Assembly: GCF_001194135.2 (NCBI RefSeq)
Contig: NC_068982.1
Span: forward strand, 5,979,634 to 6,024,956
Direction: 5' to 3'
Source of the DNA: Octopus bimaculoides
Taxonomy: Eukaryota
Length of the DNA: 45,323 nt
Part shown: in pieces, positions 1 through 9,900 of the stretch
Position numbering within the stretch: the stretch's first letter is position 1
Layout: each line of letters opens with the position of its first letter
Notes under the pieces: generated by a model
The model's input: the letters and a program-made list of their open reading frames with translations, nothing else
Databases searched by the model: none
What the model was told of the DNA's origin: nothing
Translations under genes and position numbers: made by a program

Positions 1-183
1 ATTTCACTTAATATTTCAACAAAGGATAAAAAAATGAACTTTCCAAATTATAGGAGGATTAATTTTACAATTTCTTTAAAGGACAGTATACACTTTAATA
101 TTTTTAATATTTTTAATATTTTTAATATTTTAATTAATATTACATATACCATTCGTTCTTAATACATAGATTATAAATCCACT

Positions 184-270
184 CACCTCCGAAGAGCGGA
201 ATTATTGATAGTATGCTGATCTTTTGATTACATTGTGGTTACAATAATATCGCGAAACGATCGTCAGATG
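184..270 (+). ncRNA. Type I hammerhead ribozyme fold, minimal helix III, long helix II, U4C core variant
   Basis: Helix I CACCU(184-188)/AGAUG(266-270), 1 mismatch. Core CCGAAGA 189-195. Helix II 196-207/242-253, 11 of 12 paired. GAAA 254-257. Palindromic ACGAUCGU 257-264. GUC triplet, predicted cut after 265. Confidence 0.7.
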
Positions 271-561
271 TTTAATTTTTATAATTAAAAAAAATTTGTT
301 TAAATTCTAGACTTCTTTAAATTTTAGACTTTATAATATTCATGCTCAATTACGCATAAATTTATATGCATTTATATTCACATGTATCTTTATCTACATT
401 CATATTTTTATATATACTTATATTTATATTTAGTATATCTTAAATTTTTAAATTTATTATATTACCATGTCATATTGGATATATATCTTTCGAAATTTAA
501 ATATTAAATATTGATTTCCTGCTATATTATTGATAATTTTATGAATTTATTAATAATATAA

Positions 562-611
<50 letters not shown>

Positions 612-777
612 NNNNNNNNNNNNNNNNNNNNNNNNNNNNNNNNNNNNNNNNNNNNNNNNNNNNNNNNNNNNNNNNNNNNNNNNNNNNNNNNNNNNNNNNN
701 NNNNNNNNNNNNNNNNNNNNNNNNNNNNNNNNNNNNNNNNNNNNNNNNNNNNNNNNNNNNNNNNNNNNNNNNNNNNN

Positions 778-831
<54 letters not shown>

Positions 832-885
832 AGTGTAAGCACATAAATGTGAAATAAGGTAGAAAAAATGCTTCATTAAAAAGTG

Positions 886-928
<43 letters not shown>

Positions 929-960
929 ATGCGTGTGTGTGTGTGTGTGTATGTGTGTAT
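562..960. repeat. (CA)n, (TA)n and (TG)n microsatellites around assembly gap 612-777
   Basis: Direct reading. Confidence 0.95.
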
Positions 961-971
961 TTATATACTTT

Positions 972-1190
972 TATTCTTGTATTCTTTTACTTGTTTCAGT
1001 CATTGTGGCTGTGGCCATGCTGGAGCACCATCGTTTAGTAAAAGAAATCGGTCCTTGGACTTATTCCTCGTAAGCCTGGTACTTATTCTATTAGTTACTC
1101 TTACCGAACCGCTAAGTTGCGGGCACATAAGATCGGTTGTCAAGCGATGGTGGAAGGACAAACACAGACACAAACACACAAATATATACA
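972..1190 (-). mobile_element. SINE family B (tRNA head, CORE-like), 3' half
   Basis: Matches the tail of the full copy at 7311-7695 (GGTGCTCCAGCATGGCC...GACTGAAACAAGTAAAAGA). Confidence 0.85.
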
Positions 1191-1191
1191 T

Positions 1192-1334
1192 ATTCTTTCA
1201 AAGACCAAATGTGCTTGGCTATTGTTGTGGCGTTACGTCTCTCGAGGGTATTGAAGGAGGACTTGTGGTTGTTAAAGCGGTTTATGAAGAAGCCTTCTGT
1301 TGCCCCCACATACTTCTGCCCCTTCAGCACCCAG
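1192..1334 (-). mobile_element. Penelope-like GIY-YIG endonuclease fragment, inverted arm
   Basis: Translates KYVGATEGFFINRFNNHKSSF..NATTIAKHIWSLK, typical of a PLE endonuclease. Confidence 0.8.
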
Positions 1335-2200
1335 TTTAACAACCTTAAGACCTCCTTCAAACTCCCAGAGAGACGCAACGCCACAACCCTAGCCAAGCAC
1401 GTTCGGTCTTTGGAAGAAAGCACCACAGAGTAGAACTTAAAGTGGAAGATCCTAGAGAAATGCAAACCGTACTTCAATAGCAGCAGGAAGTACAAGTTGT
1501 GCTTGGCTGAGAAGAGAGCGATTTTAAAGGGTACCCAACGCTCAGATGTTTACCTGAATAGCAGGAGTGAGGTGTTTACTCCTTGCTCACATGAAGGGAA
1601 GCACATCCTATCGTACCTGCGGACCCTGCAGCCATAGGTCCCTGGCCTCGACCTTCCACCAATGCCCTCAAGCCTGGCAAAGAGTTTAACCCAAGCACAC
1701 ACCAATGCACCTATGCACACACACGCACACCCCTACAAGGCGGACACCCCAAAAATAGACTCCCACCACCCATACATTATACATTGCACGCTAACATAAC
1801 CCACATAACCTTATCCTTTACAGAACCAACGAACTTAGCTATAGATACCCACGTACCCAGAAAAGTTTATGCATATGGTACCACTACACATCTCCCCTAC
1901 CCCATCTCCATAGGAGCACCACATTTAATAATGCATACTTTCCTCACAAACACTTCAAGATAGCTCATACCGGTCTCACAGCACACACAACCATGGGACA
2001 TAGTTCCTCAGCTTACCCCCTGGCTCTTTTTCGTTTCATCTTTTTTTTCCACAACAGCCGCTGACCGGTTGTGTTAATCCACTTCCGACAATAGACAGCA
2101 GGCACCATATTCCCTTCCATATTGGCTAACTCTGATGAGCGTAAGGTTATGTAATCAGATTTTTACCTAACACTAGAATCGATAAAACAAAACGTTTCGT
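1335..2200 (+). mobile_element. Penelope-like element 3' end: endonuclease C-terminus (1335-1637, one internal stop) plus 3' UTR
   Basis: FNNLKTSF..NATTLAKHVRSL..*NLKWKILEKCKPY..KLCLAEK..LNSRSE..CSHEGKH. The right boundary is approximate. Confidence 0.75.
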
Positions 2201-2491
2201 TCGAAGTTCGTTACAGAAAAGATTTTGACTTTTGTCATTCTGGACATTTTACACATTACACGCACGCGCGTATAAAACCATAATAGAAAATAACAATGTG
2301 AGTGTAGACACACACACAAACGCACACACACGCTCACATACACACCATAAAAAATACAAAGCAAACGGCATCGTTGACATTTTCATCAATTTATTACTCA
2401 TTCTTTTCGTGCGTTTTGCTAATACAATTAAATAACTGCTGCAAAAACTAAGCATTGGCTGCAGTTTGATAATAATGCCATGAATAAGAAG

Positions 2492-2778
2492 TGGTACTCC
2501 GTCGCTTACGACGGCGAGTATTCCAGCTGATCCGATCAACGGAGCATCCTGCTCGTGAAATTAACATGCAGGTGGCTGAGTACTCTGCAGACACGCGCAC
2601 CCTTAACGTACTACTCAGGAAGAAGCGACAAGGCTGGACCTTTGAATTATAGGGACAACATTTTGTTTCTAGCTGAATTGAAGAGAGCGATGAGGAATAA
2701 AGTGTCTTGCTGAAGGGTATCGGACTCACGACCTCATGACCGTTATCCGAAGAGCCTAACTACTAAGCCATGCGCCTT
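2492..2778 (-). mobile_element. SINE family C tail with an alternative tRNA head (GGCGCATGGCTTAG)
   Basis: Shares the GTTGATCGGATCAAC hairpin tail with 18711-19088 and 33200-33571 but has a different head and body. Confidence 0.8.
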
Positions 2779-2905
2779 CGACCATTAATAATATCAAGCA
2801 GAATAATGTCATATGTTGTTTTCTGTCATGCAGCGATCATGAGTAAATTATGGAATGGCTACAAGGATATGGACTTCTTTTCCTTATGAATAAAAAGAAT
2901 CTAAA

Positions 2906-3122
2906 AAGGCAGCGAGCTGGCAGAAACGTTTGCACACCAGGCGAAATGCTTAGCCGTATTTCATTTGTCTTCACGTTCTGAGTTCAAATTCCGCCAAGGT
3001 CGACTTTGTCTTTCATCCTTTCGGGGTCGATAAATTAAGTACCATATGCGTACTGGGGTCGATTTCATCAACTGACCCTCTCCCACCAAATTTCGAGCCT
3101 TGTGCCTAGAGCAGAAAAGAAT
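2906..3122 (+). mobile_element. SINE family A (AAGGCGGCGAGCTGGCAG head, Meta/MESC-like central domain)
   Basis: Head, GAGTTCAAATTCC B-box-like motif, GTCGACTTTGCCTTTCATCCTTTCGGGGTCGATAAATTAAGTACC core, CCTTGTGCCTAGAG tail. About 20 copies in the window. The domain name is recalled, not verified. Confidence 0.9.
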
Positions 3123-3214
3123 AAAAAGAATTTAATTTACAAAGAAAATTATTCACGCAATCGTCAACTATTCCTTCGAATACAACGAATTTCTTTGAAA
3201 TTGAGAATATTATT

Positions 3215-3408
3215 AGTAATACAGTTCTATATCTAAGAGATGAGGAATTATTTACATTATTTACATGTGACGGATATTTGTCCTCATCTTGTTTGTTGTT
3301 AACACAACGTTTCGGCTGATATACCCTCCAGTCTTCATCGGGTGTCTTGGGCAAATTTCAAACCTGGGTTCTCATTCCGAAGGTATTTTTCGATGTTGCT
3401 GTTGTTGT
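3215..3408 (-). mobile_element. PLE pseudo-LTR fragment, inverted partner of 3814-3970
   Basis: Reverse complement of 3814-3970; contains a hammerhead motif. Confidence 0.7.
3301..3346 (-). ncRNA. Minimal hammerhead ribozyme, mutated copy
   Basis: GACAC CCGAUGA A GACUG(loop10)CAGCC GAAACGUU GUGUU. Helix I GACAC/GUGUU, ACGU helix III, one mismatch in helix II. Confidence 0.6.
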
Positions 3409-3410
3409 TG

Positions 3411-3457
<47 letters not shown>

Positions 3458-3459
3458 TT

Positions 3460-3716
3460 ATGTTTGACTTTTGTTTTGCATTTGTACAAGTTGGATCCAA
3501 GTCTCACCCAGAGACCTCAAGAGACAACAAGTTAGAAGTTCATGTAGGTGTTGTGCCTAGAGTACCATATATTTGGATTTGTACAGTTTTGTTCAAGTGA
3601 ATGTTTAAGAAACCATAAGAAAATTATGTGTTTGCTTTAAAATTTGAGATCACATAGACAGTATTTTACGTAGGATATGGGCAGTTCCCATGAGCACTAT
3701 CTTTTGAACTTCAGCC

Positions 3717-3719
<3 letters not shown>
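3460..3719 (-). mobile_element. R4/Dong-like non-LTR retrotransposon 3' end between (TTA)n tracts
   Basis: 3650-3718 encodes MAEVQKIVLMGTAHILRKILSM*, the typical C-terminus of REL-endonuclease R4/Dong ORFs. (TTA)n at 3414-3457 and 3719-3792. Confidence 0.75.
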
Positions 3720-3796
<77 letters not shown>

Positions 3797-3813
3797 TCAC
3801 TGCCTGGAATCGA

Positions 3814-3970
3814 ATAATAATAACATCGAAAAATACCTTAGGAATGAGAACCCAGGTTCGAAATTTCCCCAAGACACTTGATGAAGGCTGAAGGGTATAT
3901 CAGCTGAAACATTGTGTTAACAACAAATAAGATGAGGACAAATATCCATCAAATGTAAATAATGTAAATA
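3814..3970 (+). mobile_element. PLE pseudo-LTR fragment with decayed hammerhead at 3873-3918
   Basis: GACAC UUGAUGA A GGCUG(loop10)CAGCU GAAACAUU GUGUU, with CpG-type transitions relative to the sister copy. Confidence 0.7.
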
Positions 3971-4127
3971 ACGTATTATTAGTAATAATTAGAATTTCGC
4001 CGGCGCAAGAATTAGTGTTCATTCCAGTATGATTGAATATATCCCCAGTTGGTCACTCCTACCACTTTTATAACACTTCTGTTTCCTGCTCTCATCCATG
4101 ACTCTCGTGCAATTCTTCACAAACCGT

Positions 4128-4285
4128 GAGGTAAGAAGTTTTCTTTCCAACCACATGGTTCCGTGTTTGGTCCCATTGCGTGACACCTTGTGTATGTGTC
4201 TTCTACAACAGCCTAGCGCTGATCAAAGCCTTGTGAGTGGATTTAGTGGACAGAAACTGGAAGAAGCCCGTCGTGTGTGTGTGTG
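4128..4285 (+). mobile_element. SINE family B, 5' half
   Basis: GGTAAGAAG..CCAACCACATGG..CACCTTG..AAAGCCTTGTGAGTGGATTT. Confidence 0.85.
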
Positions 4286-5247
4286 AAGACAACACACTGC
4301 ACCAAGCCAAAAGATGATTTGGTGGTTCGATCTCCACGATAGACTTCTGCGAACTTCATTTCAAACCCATTACATGAAACGAAAACATTGTGACTTGAAA
4401 GATTTCTAGAAAGTGTGCATAATCTCCCAATTAAACAGCCCTTCGGATATTGTTCAGTAGAGCTTGAAGTAAAGAACACTTTGTCATCGTTTATGCACGC
4501 CGCTATCTCACTATTCAATATGAATTTTGACGTTTGATCCGTCAAATTGTCCGACTGATAGTGGACATAGACAAAATAAGAGATTCAAAATGTTTAATGA
4601 AAAAAATTGTCGTTACTACAAACAACGAACACCGAGATAGTTTGAAAATTATTGCAGCCACTGTCCTGATGCTAGCTGATCAGCATGTGTTGCTGGCGTT
4701 GTCTGTCTATTGTATTATTTTTTGTTTCTCTTTTTTGTGACAGCACTCTGACCAGTTGTTGGCTCTGTTTACCGTCTGATGACTGTCGTCTTTTGTGTCT
4801 GCTTTGATGTCGGCTGTCCGCCATTTGTCGCTGACGCAAATGCAGTGAATATGTAGCGGTGGTCTTGTTCAGAACAAAAAGTGCCACAGATAAAATTGCT
4901 AGATCCGGTTCCACACAAAGTCTTGAATGGTCTGATATTTTTTTTATGACGTTGGTAATATTCTAGCGAATCGCAATCGTATAGTTGTTTTTTAAAAAAA
5001 AATATACGCTGGTTATAGTCATCCGAGTTTGATTGCCAAATAACACTACTATTGTGGCTGTCCATCTTTCATCGTCTTCTTTGTAGAATAAAACCGTCGT
5101 TATCCAAGCTACTTTATCTTCTTATAGGTCACATGACATTTGACGCTACTTTCACGAATTTTTCTTCCTCGGTTAACGCTGGGCTTTGTAGATTTTTCCT
5201 TTGACAGGTTATGCGCCAATATGTAATTTTTTTGGTTTCGTCTGAAA

Positions 5248-5438
5248 TCTTTTACTTGTTTTAGTCATTAGACTGTGGCTATGCTGGGGCACGGTCTTGA
5301 AGACTGTCAGTCGAACGAATCGGCTCCAGTACTTGCTTTTTTTCAACCTTGTACTTATTCTAACGATTTCTTTCGCCGAGCCGCTAAGTTACAGGGATGT
5401 AAACACATCAACGACAGCTTTCAAACAGTGGAGGGGAC

Positions 5439-5501
<63 letters not shown>
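5248..5501 (-). mobile_element. SINE family B 3' half running into its internal (TG)n
   Basis: Family B tail followed by (CA)n and a gap. Confidence 0.8.
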
Positions 5502-6446
5502 NNNNNNNNNNNNNNNNNNNNNNNNNNNNNNNNNNNNNNNNNNNNNNNNNNNNNNNNNNNNNNNNNNNNNNNNNNNNNNNNNNNNNNNNNNNNNNNNNNN
5601 NNNNNNNNNNNNNNNNNNNNNNNNNNNNNNNNNNNNNNNNNNNNNNNNNNNNNNNNNNNNNNNNNNNNNNNNNNNNNNNNNNNNNNNNNNNNNNNNNNNN
5701 NNNNNNNNNNNNNNNNNNNNNNNNNNNNNNNNNNNNNNNNNNNNNNNNNNNNNNNNNNNNNNNNNNNNNNNNNNNNNNNNNNNNNNNNNNNNNNNNNNNN
5801 NNNNNNNNNNNNNNNNNNNNNNNNNNNNNNNNNNNNNNNNNNNNNNNNNNNNNNNNNNNNNNNNNNNNNNNNNNNNNNNNNNNNNNNNNNNNNNNNNNNN
5901 NNNNNNNNNNNNNNNNNNNNNNNNNNNNNNNNNNNNNNNNNNNNNNNNNNNNNNNNNNNNNNNNNNNNNNNNNNNNNNNNNNNNNNNNNNNNNNNNNNNN
6001 NNNNNNNNNNNNNNNNNNNNNNNNNNNNNNNNNNNNNNNNNNNNNNNNNNNNNNNNNNNNNNNNNNNNNNNNNNNNNNNNNNNNNNNNNNNNNNNNNNNN
6101 NNNNNNNNNNNNNNNNNNNNNNNNNNNNNNNNNNNNNNNNNNNNNNNNNNNNNNNNNNNNNNNNNNNNNNNNNNNNNNNNNNNNNNNNNNNNNNNNNNNN
6201 NNNNNNNNNNNNNNNNNNNNNNNNNNNNNNNNNNNNNNNNNNNNNNNNNNNNNNNNNNNNNNNNNNNNNNNNNNNNNNNNNNNNNNNNNNNNNNNNNNNN
6301 NNNNNNNNNNNNNNNNNNNNNNNNNNNNNNNNNNNNNNNNNNNNNNNNNNNNNNNNNNNNNNNNNNNNNNNNNNNNNNNNNNNNNNNNNNNNNNNNNNNN
6401 NNNNNNNNNNNNNNNNNNNNNNNNNNNNNNNNNNNNNNNNNNNNNN
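5502..6446. other. Assembly gap
   Basis: N run. Other large gaps: 8216-8786, 23385-23550, 25976-26383, 41017-41346. Confidence 0.99.
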
Positions 6447-6493
6447 TATATATATATATATGTATATATGTATATATGTATATATATAAATAT

Positions 6494-6666
6494 ACTTTAT
6501 TTATCCCGTTCATCGGACAGTTTTTTTTTAGAAAACTGTCCGATGAACGGGAACGTGAAACTCCGAGTAACAGTTTTTTGTTATATTTCTGCTGCTTTTA
6601 AATAAAGCATATTACTCTACCTCTGGTATTGGAGTACTCTTTTTTCAACCCAGTTGCGCATTTATG
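6494..6666 (+). mobile_element. PLE-type terminal fragment with a 21-bp inverted junction
   Basis: Perfect inverted repeat 6504-6524/6532-6552 followed by a hammerhead motif. Confidence 0.6.
6532..6577 (+). ncRNA. Minimal type I hammerhead ribozyme, all helices paired, U4C variant
   Basis: Helix I AAAACUGU/ACAGUUUU (8 bp). Core CCGAUGA 6540-6546. Helix II ACG-GGAA-CGU. GAAA 6557-6560. Helix III ACU-CCG-AGU. GUA triplet, predicted cut after 6569. Confidence 0.75.
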
Positions 6667-6689
6667 TGCTTACTCCGGTATATATATAT

Positions 6690-7015
6690 ATAATACATAA
6701 TATGAGAGAAGCTTTTGTATACAATGCTCAGGCGCACCAAAGCTAAGGAAACAAAAGCCATCAAGTGTACCGTTACGGATTTCAGGAAGCATGGACATTT
6801 TGAAGGATGCAGTGTCTCGACAGCTAACAACTGATGCGGGTAGTCTATTCCATGTTTCAACAATTCTGAGCGTGAGGAAAAATGTTTCCGAAAATTATGA
6901 GTGCTTTGTTGTTTTTTTAATTTGTAAGCATGTCCACAAATGTTTGACGTATTATATGGCGAAATTCTTTCACTTACTGTCTGTCAAATCCACTCCCAAG
7001 TCTTTACCCAACCCG
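6690..7015 (-). mobile_element. CR1-clade LINE 3' fragment
   Basis: KDLGVDL, GHAYKLKKQ..FRKHF / LRIVETWNRLPASVVSCRDTASFK, with a frameshift. Confidence 0.75.
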
Positions 7016-7020
7016 AATCC

Positions 7021-7109
7021 ATAGCGGAAGACGCTTGCCCAAGGGACCACGCTGTAGGACTAAACCCGGAACCATGCCGTTGGGACTTTTTACCACACAG
7101 CCACGCCTG
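7021..7109 (-). mobile_element. SINE family B head fragment
   Basis: Reverse complement of the family B head. Confidence 0.8.
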
Positions 7110-7143
7110 TGCCTAGTTAGAAACTTTTTTCGTTGTGTTGTTT

Positions 7144-7695
7144 GGAGTGGTTGTGGGGTAAGAAGCTTGCTTCCCAACCACATGGTTCCGGGTTCAGTTC
7201 CACTGCGGGTCACTTTGGGCAAGTGTCTTCTACTAAAGCCTCGGGATAGCCAAAGCCTTGTGATTGGATTTAATAGATGGAAACTGAAAAAAGCCCATCC
7301 TATATACTAGGGGCAGGAGTAGCTGTGTGGTAAGAAGCTTGCTTCCCAACTACGTTTCTGTGTTCAGTCCCACTGCGTGGTACCTTAGGAAGATGTCTTC
7401 TACTATAGCCTCGGGCCGACCAAAGCCTCGTGAGTGGATTTGGTAGACGGAAACTGAAAGAAGCCCGTCGTATATATATGTGTGTGTGTGTTTGTGTGTC
7501 TGTGTTTGTCCCCCCACAATCGCTTGAACGATGTTGGTGCGTTTACGTCCCCGTAATCTAGCGGCCCGGCATAAGAGACACATAGAATAAGTACAAGGCT
7601 TATAAAGAATAAGTCCTGGGTTCGGTTTATTCGACTAAAAAAGTGGTGCTCCAGCATGGTAGCAGCCAAATGGCTGAAACAAGTAAAGAGTAAAA
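7144..7695 (+). mobile_element. Two tandem SINE family B copies (7144-7306 partial, 7311-7695 full length)
   Basis: Head GGAGTAGCTGTGTGGTAAGAAGCTTGCTTCCCAAC, CORE-like CCTTGGGCAAGTGTC segment, internal (TA)(TG)n, tail to CAAGTAAAGAG. Confidence 0.9.
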
Positions 7696-8786
7696 GCGCA
7701 GCTCCTTCAACGGCATCCCAGTTGCTGCCGCTTTTCATTATAGCCGGAAGTATTAGCGACTGTGGTTGCAGTCTTGGGCTGCATATGCCCAAACGATGGA
7801 GGAGGACAGTGCTGCTGCTGCTGCCGTTGAAAGCAGCCATGGTAACCATGGTGATGGTAGAAGTGTTATTTTTGCTTCTGTTGCTATGCCACTCACGATG
7901 TTGTTGATGTTGCTGCTACTGCTGGTGCGGCTGTTAGAGTTTCTGCTATTGTTGTTGAAGGCGGTGGCAATAATCTGGCTGTCGCACGTGCTGCCCTCAG
8001 CTTTTACTACCACGAAAGATGCCAATTTTTTTTTTCCATTCAAACCCCCGAAAGTTTCCAAAATTATTTCAAAGGTGAGAGAAAACTGACAAGTTCTCTT
8101 TCTCTCTCTCTCTCTCCCTCTCTCGATTTCTTGCCACCAAATTAATTAATAAAAATAGTTTATCTGTCAAGTCGGTGCAGACAACTAGTTTTAAGCAAAA
8201 ACTCTGAAATGTAAANNNNNNNNNNNNNNNNNNNNNNNNNNNNNNNNNNNNNNNNNNNNNNNNNNNNNNNNNNNNNNNNNNNNNNNNNNNNNNNNNNNNN
8301 NNNNNNNNNNNNNNNNNNNNNNNNNNNNNNNNNNNNNNNNNNNNNNNNNNNNNNNNNNNNNNNNNNNNNNNNNNNNNNNNNNNNNNNNNNNNNNNNNNNN
8401 NNNNNNNNNNNNNNNNNNNNNNNNNNNNNNNNNNNNNNNNNNNNNNNNNNNNNNNNNNNNNNNNNNNNNNNNNNNNNNNNNNNNNNNNNNNNNNNNNNNN
8501 NNNNNNNNNNNNNNNNNNNNNNNNNNNNNNNNNNNNNNNNNNNNNNNNNNNNNNNNNNNNNNNNNNNNNNNNNNNNNNNNNNNNNNNNNNNNNNNNNNNN
8601 NNNNNNNNNNNNNNNNNNNNNNNNNNNNNNNNNNNNNNNNNNNNNNNNNNNNNNNNNNNNNNNNNNNNNNNNNNNNNNNNNNNNNNNNNNNNNNNNNNNN
8701 NNNNNNNNNNNNNNNNNNNNNNNNNNNNNNNNNNNNNNNNNNNNNNNNNNNNNNNNNNNNNNNNNNNNNNNNNNNNNNNNNNNNNN

Positions 8787-8817
<31 letters not shown>

Positions 8818-8898
8818 ATATATATATTGGAAAAAATAATAAGGTAGTCAGATATCTGGATGGTTGTACATTTACAGATTTTATTAATATGTCACATG

Positions 8899-8985
8899 TT
8901 TTATAAATATTAGCTCTTGCACCTATTCTTGTAGGTTCTTCAAAAGAACCTACAAGAATAGGTGCAAGCGCTAATATTTATAAAA
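8899..8985. repeat. 42-bp near-perfect hairpin (41/42, loop CAA)
   Basis: Arms 8899-8940 and 8944-8985. Confidence 0.95.
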
Positions 8986-8989
8986 GCCA

Positions 8990-9068
8990 CTACATGTTAA
9001 TTTCATGAGCAGGCTGTTTCGTTGATCGGATCAACTGTGACCCTCGTCGTCGTAACCGACGGGTTGCT
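8990..9068 (+). mobile_element. SINE family C tail fragment
   Basis: GTTAATTTCATGAGCAGGCTG..GTTGATCGGATCAAC..CCCTCGTCGTCGTAACCGACGG. Confidence 0.8.
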
Positions 9069-9204
9069 AGAGGTTTTTTAAACGCCACAACAAAGCAAAA
9101 CCGATGTGTGTAAGTAAAATTCTACATTCAGGAAAGACAATGCTGCGCGCACCTCAGGCACAACCTTGAACTTGGTAGTGCAGACACTTGTTGAAAACAA
9201 GATG

Positions 9205-9336
9205 TATGTTGATGATCATGACGACGACGACGAAAATGATGATGATGCTGATGATGATGATTCTGATGCTGATGATGATGATAATGAAGATGATGATGCT
9301 GATGCTGATGATGATGATGATGATGATGCTGATGAT
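9205..9336. repeat. Degenerate (GAT)n microsatellite
   Basis: Direct reading. Confidence 0.9.
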
Positions 9337-9401
9337 AGCCACTTAGGGAGATGAAGGAAAATACGAAGAAATACAGTATTACAAAGGAAGGTTTAAAATA
9401 T

Positions 9402-9568
9402 TCTTTTCTGCTCTAGGTACAAGGCCCGAAATTTTGGTGGGAGGGGGCCAGTCGATTAAATCAATCCCAGTACGCAACTGGTACTTAATTTATCGACCCC
9501 GAAAGGATGAAAGGCAAAGTCGACCTCGGCGGAATATGAACTCAGAATGAAAAGACAGACGAAATACG
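9402..9568 (-). mobile_element. SINE family A, 5'-truncated
   Basis: Family A core and tail in reverse. Confidence 0.85.
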
Positions 9569-9900
9569 GAAGATTAAAAATATAAAAGAAAAAACTTACA
9601 CGGAAAATAAGATTTGTATTTTAAAATTAAACGTCTACAAGCATTAGTCAAGGCATTCGATGATCATTTTTTAAAAATCAGCCCATTTCTTTTTCTTTTG
9701 TGTATAATTACTCAATTGTGAATCTTTCCTGAAGAACTCTTGGCTTATATTGGGCAAGTGAGGGGCCTACGTACTCTGTATTATTGACATATACCACTTC
9801 GCACTGTCATCAGAAATTTATACAAGTTCCTTATTGAACAGTACTGAAATATTTTATGCATTTCGTATGTTTTATTAGATCATTATTGGTCGTGCAAAGC

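Noticed and set aside
1-520. Very AT-rich start as a possible mitochondrial insertion
   Set aside because: No recognisable rRNA, tRNA or protein motif; the GC-richer part is explained by the hammerhead fold.
1638-2130. SECIS element in the PLE 3' UTR (some PLE lineages encode selenocysteine)
   Set aside because: No AUGA..AA..GA kink-turn hairpin found, and the relevant codon is TAC, not TGA.
2128-2190. CUGAUGAG with a partial helix II at the PLE end
   Set aside because: No GAAA in register and no helix I; at most a heavily decayed hammerhead.
522-6601. Long ORFs spanning N gaps and dinucleotide repeats (also 13465-13740, 23263-23909, 24767-25301, 25938-26491, 36106-36613, 40734-41432, 44260-44571)
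   Set aside because: Artefacts of N runs and microsatellites that lack stop codons.
7700-8089. Low-complexity ORFs in a GC-richer patch (possible exon)
   Set aside because: Open in several frames on both strands because of decayed CTG/TTG repeats; no domain and no convincing splice pair.
9728-9775. CUGAAGA..GGGCAAGUGAGG hammerhead-like string (similar weak cases at 38077-38110, 27170-27220 and 28265-28320)
   Set aside because: GAAA or G5 missing and/or helix I absent; cannot be separated from chance by eye.
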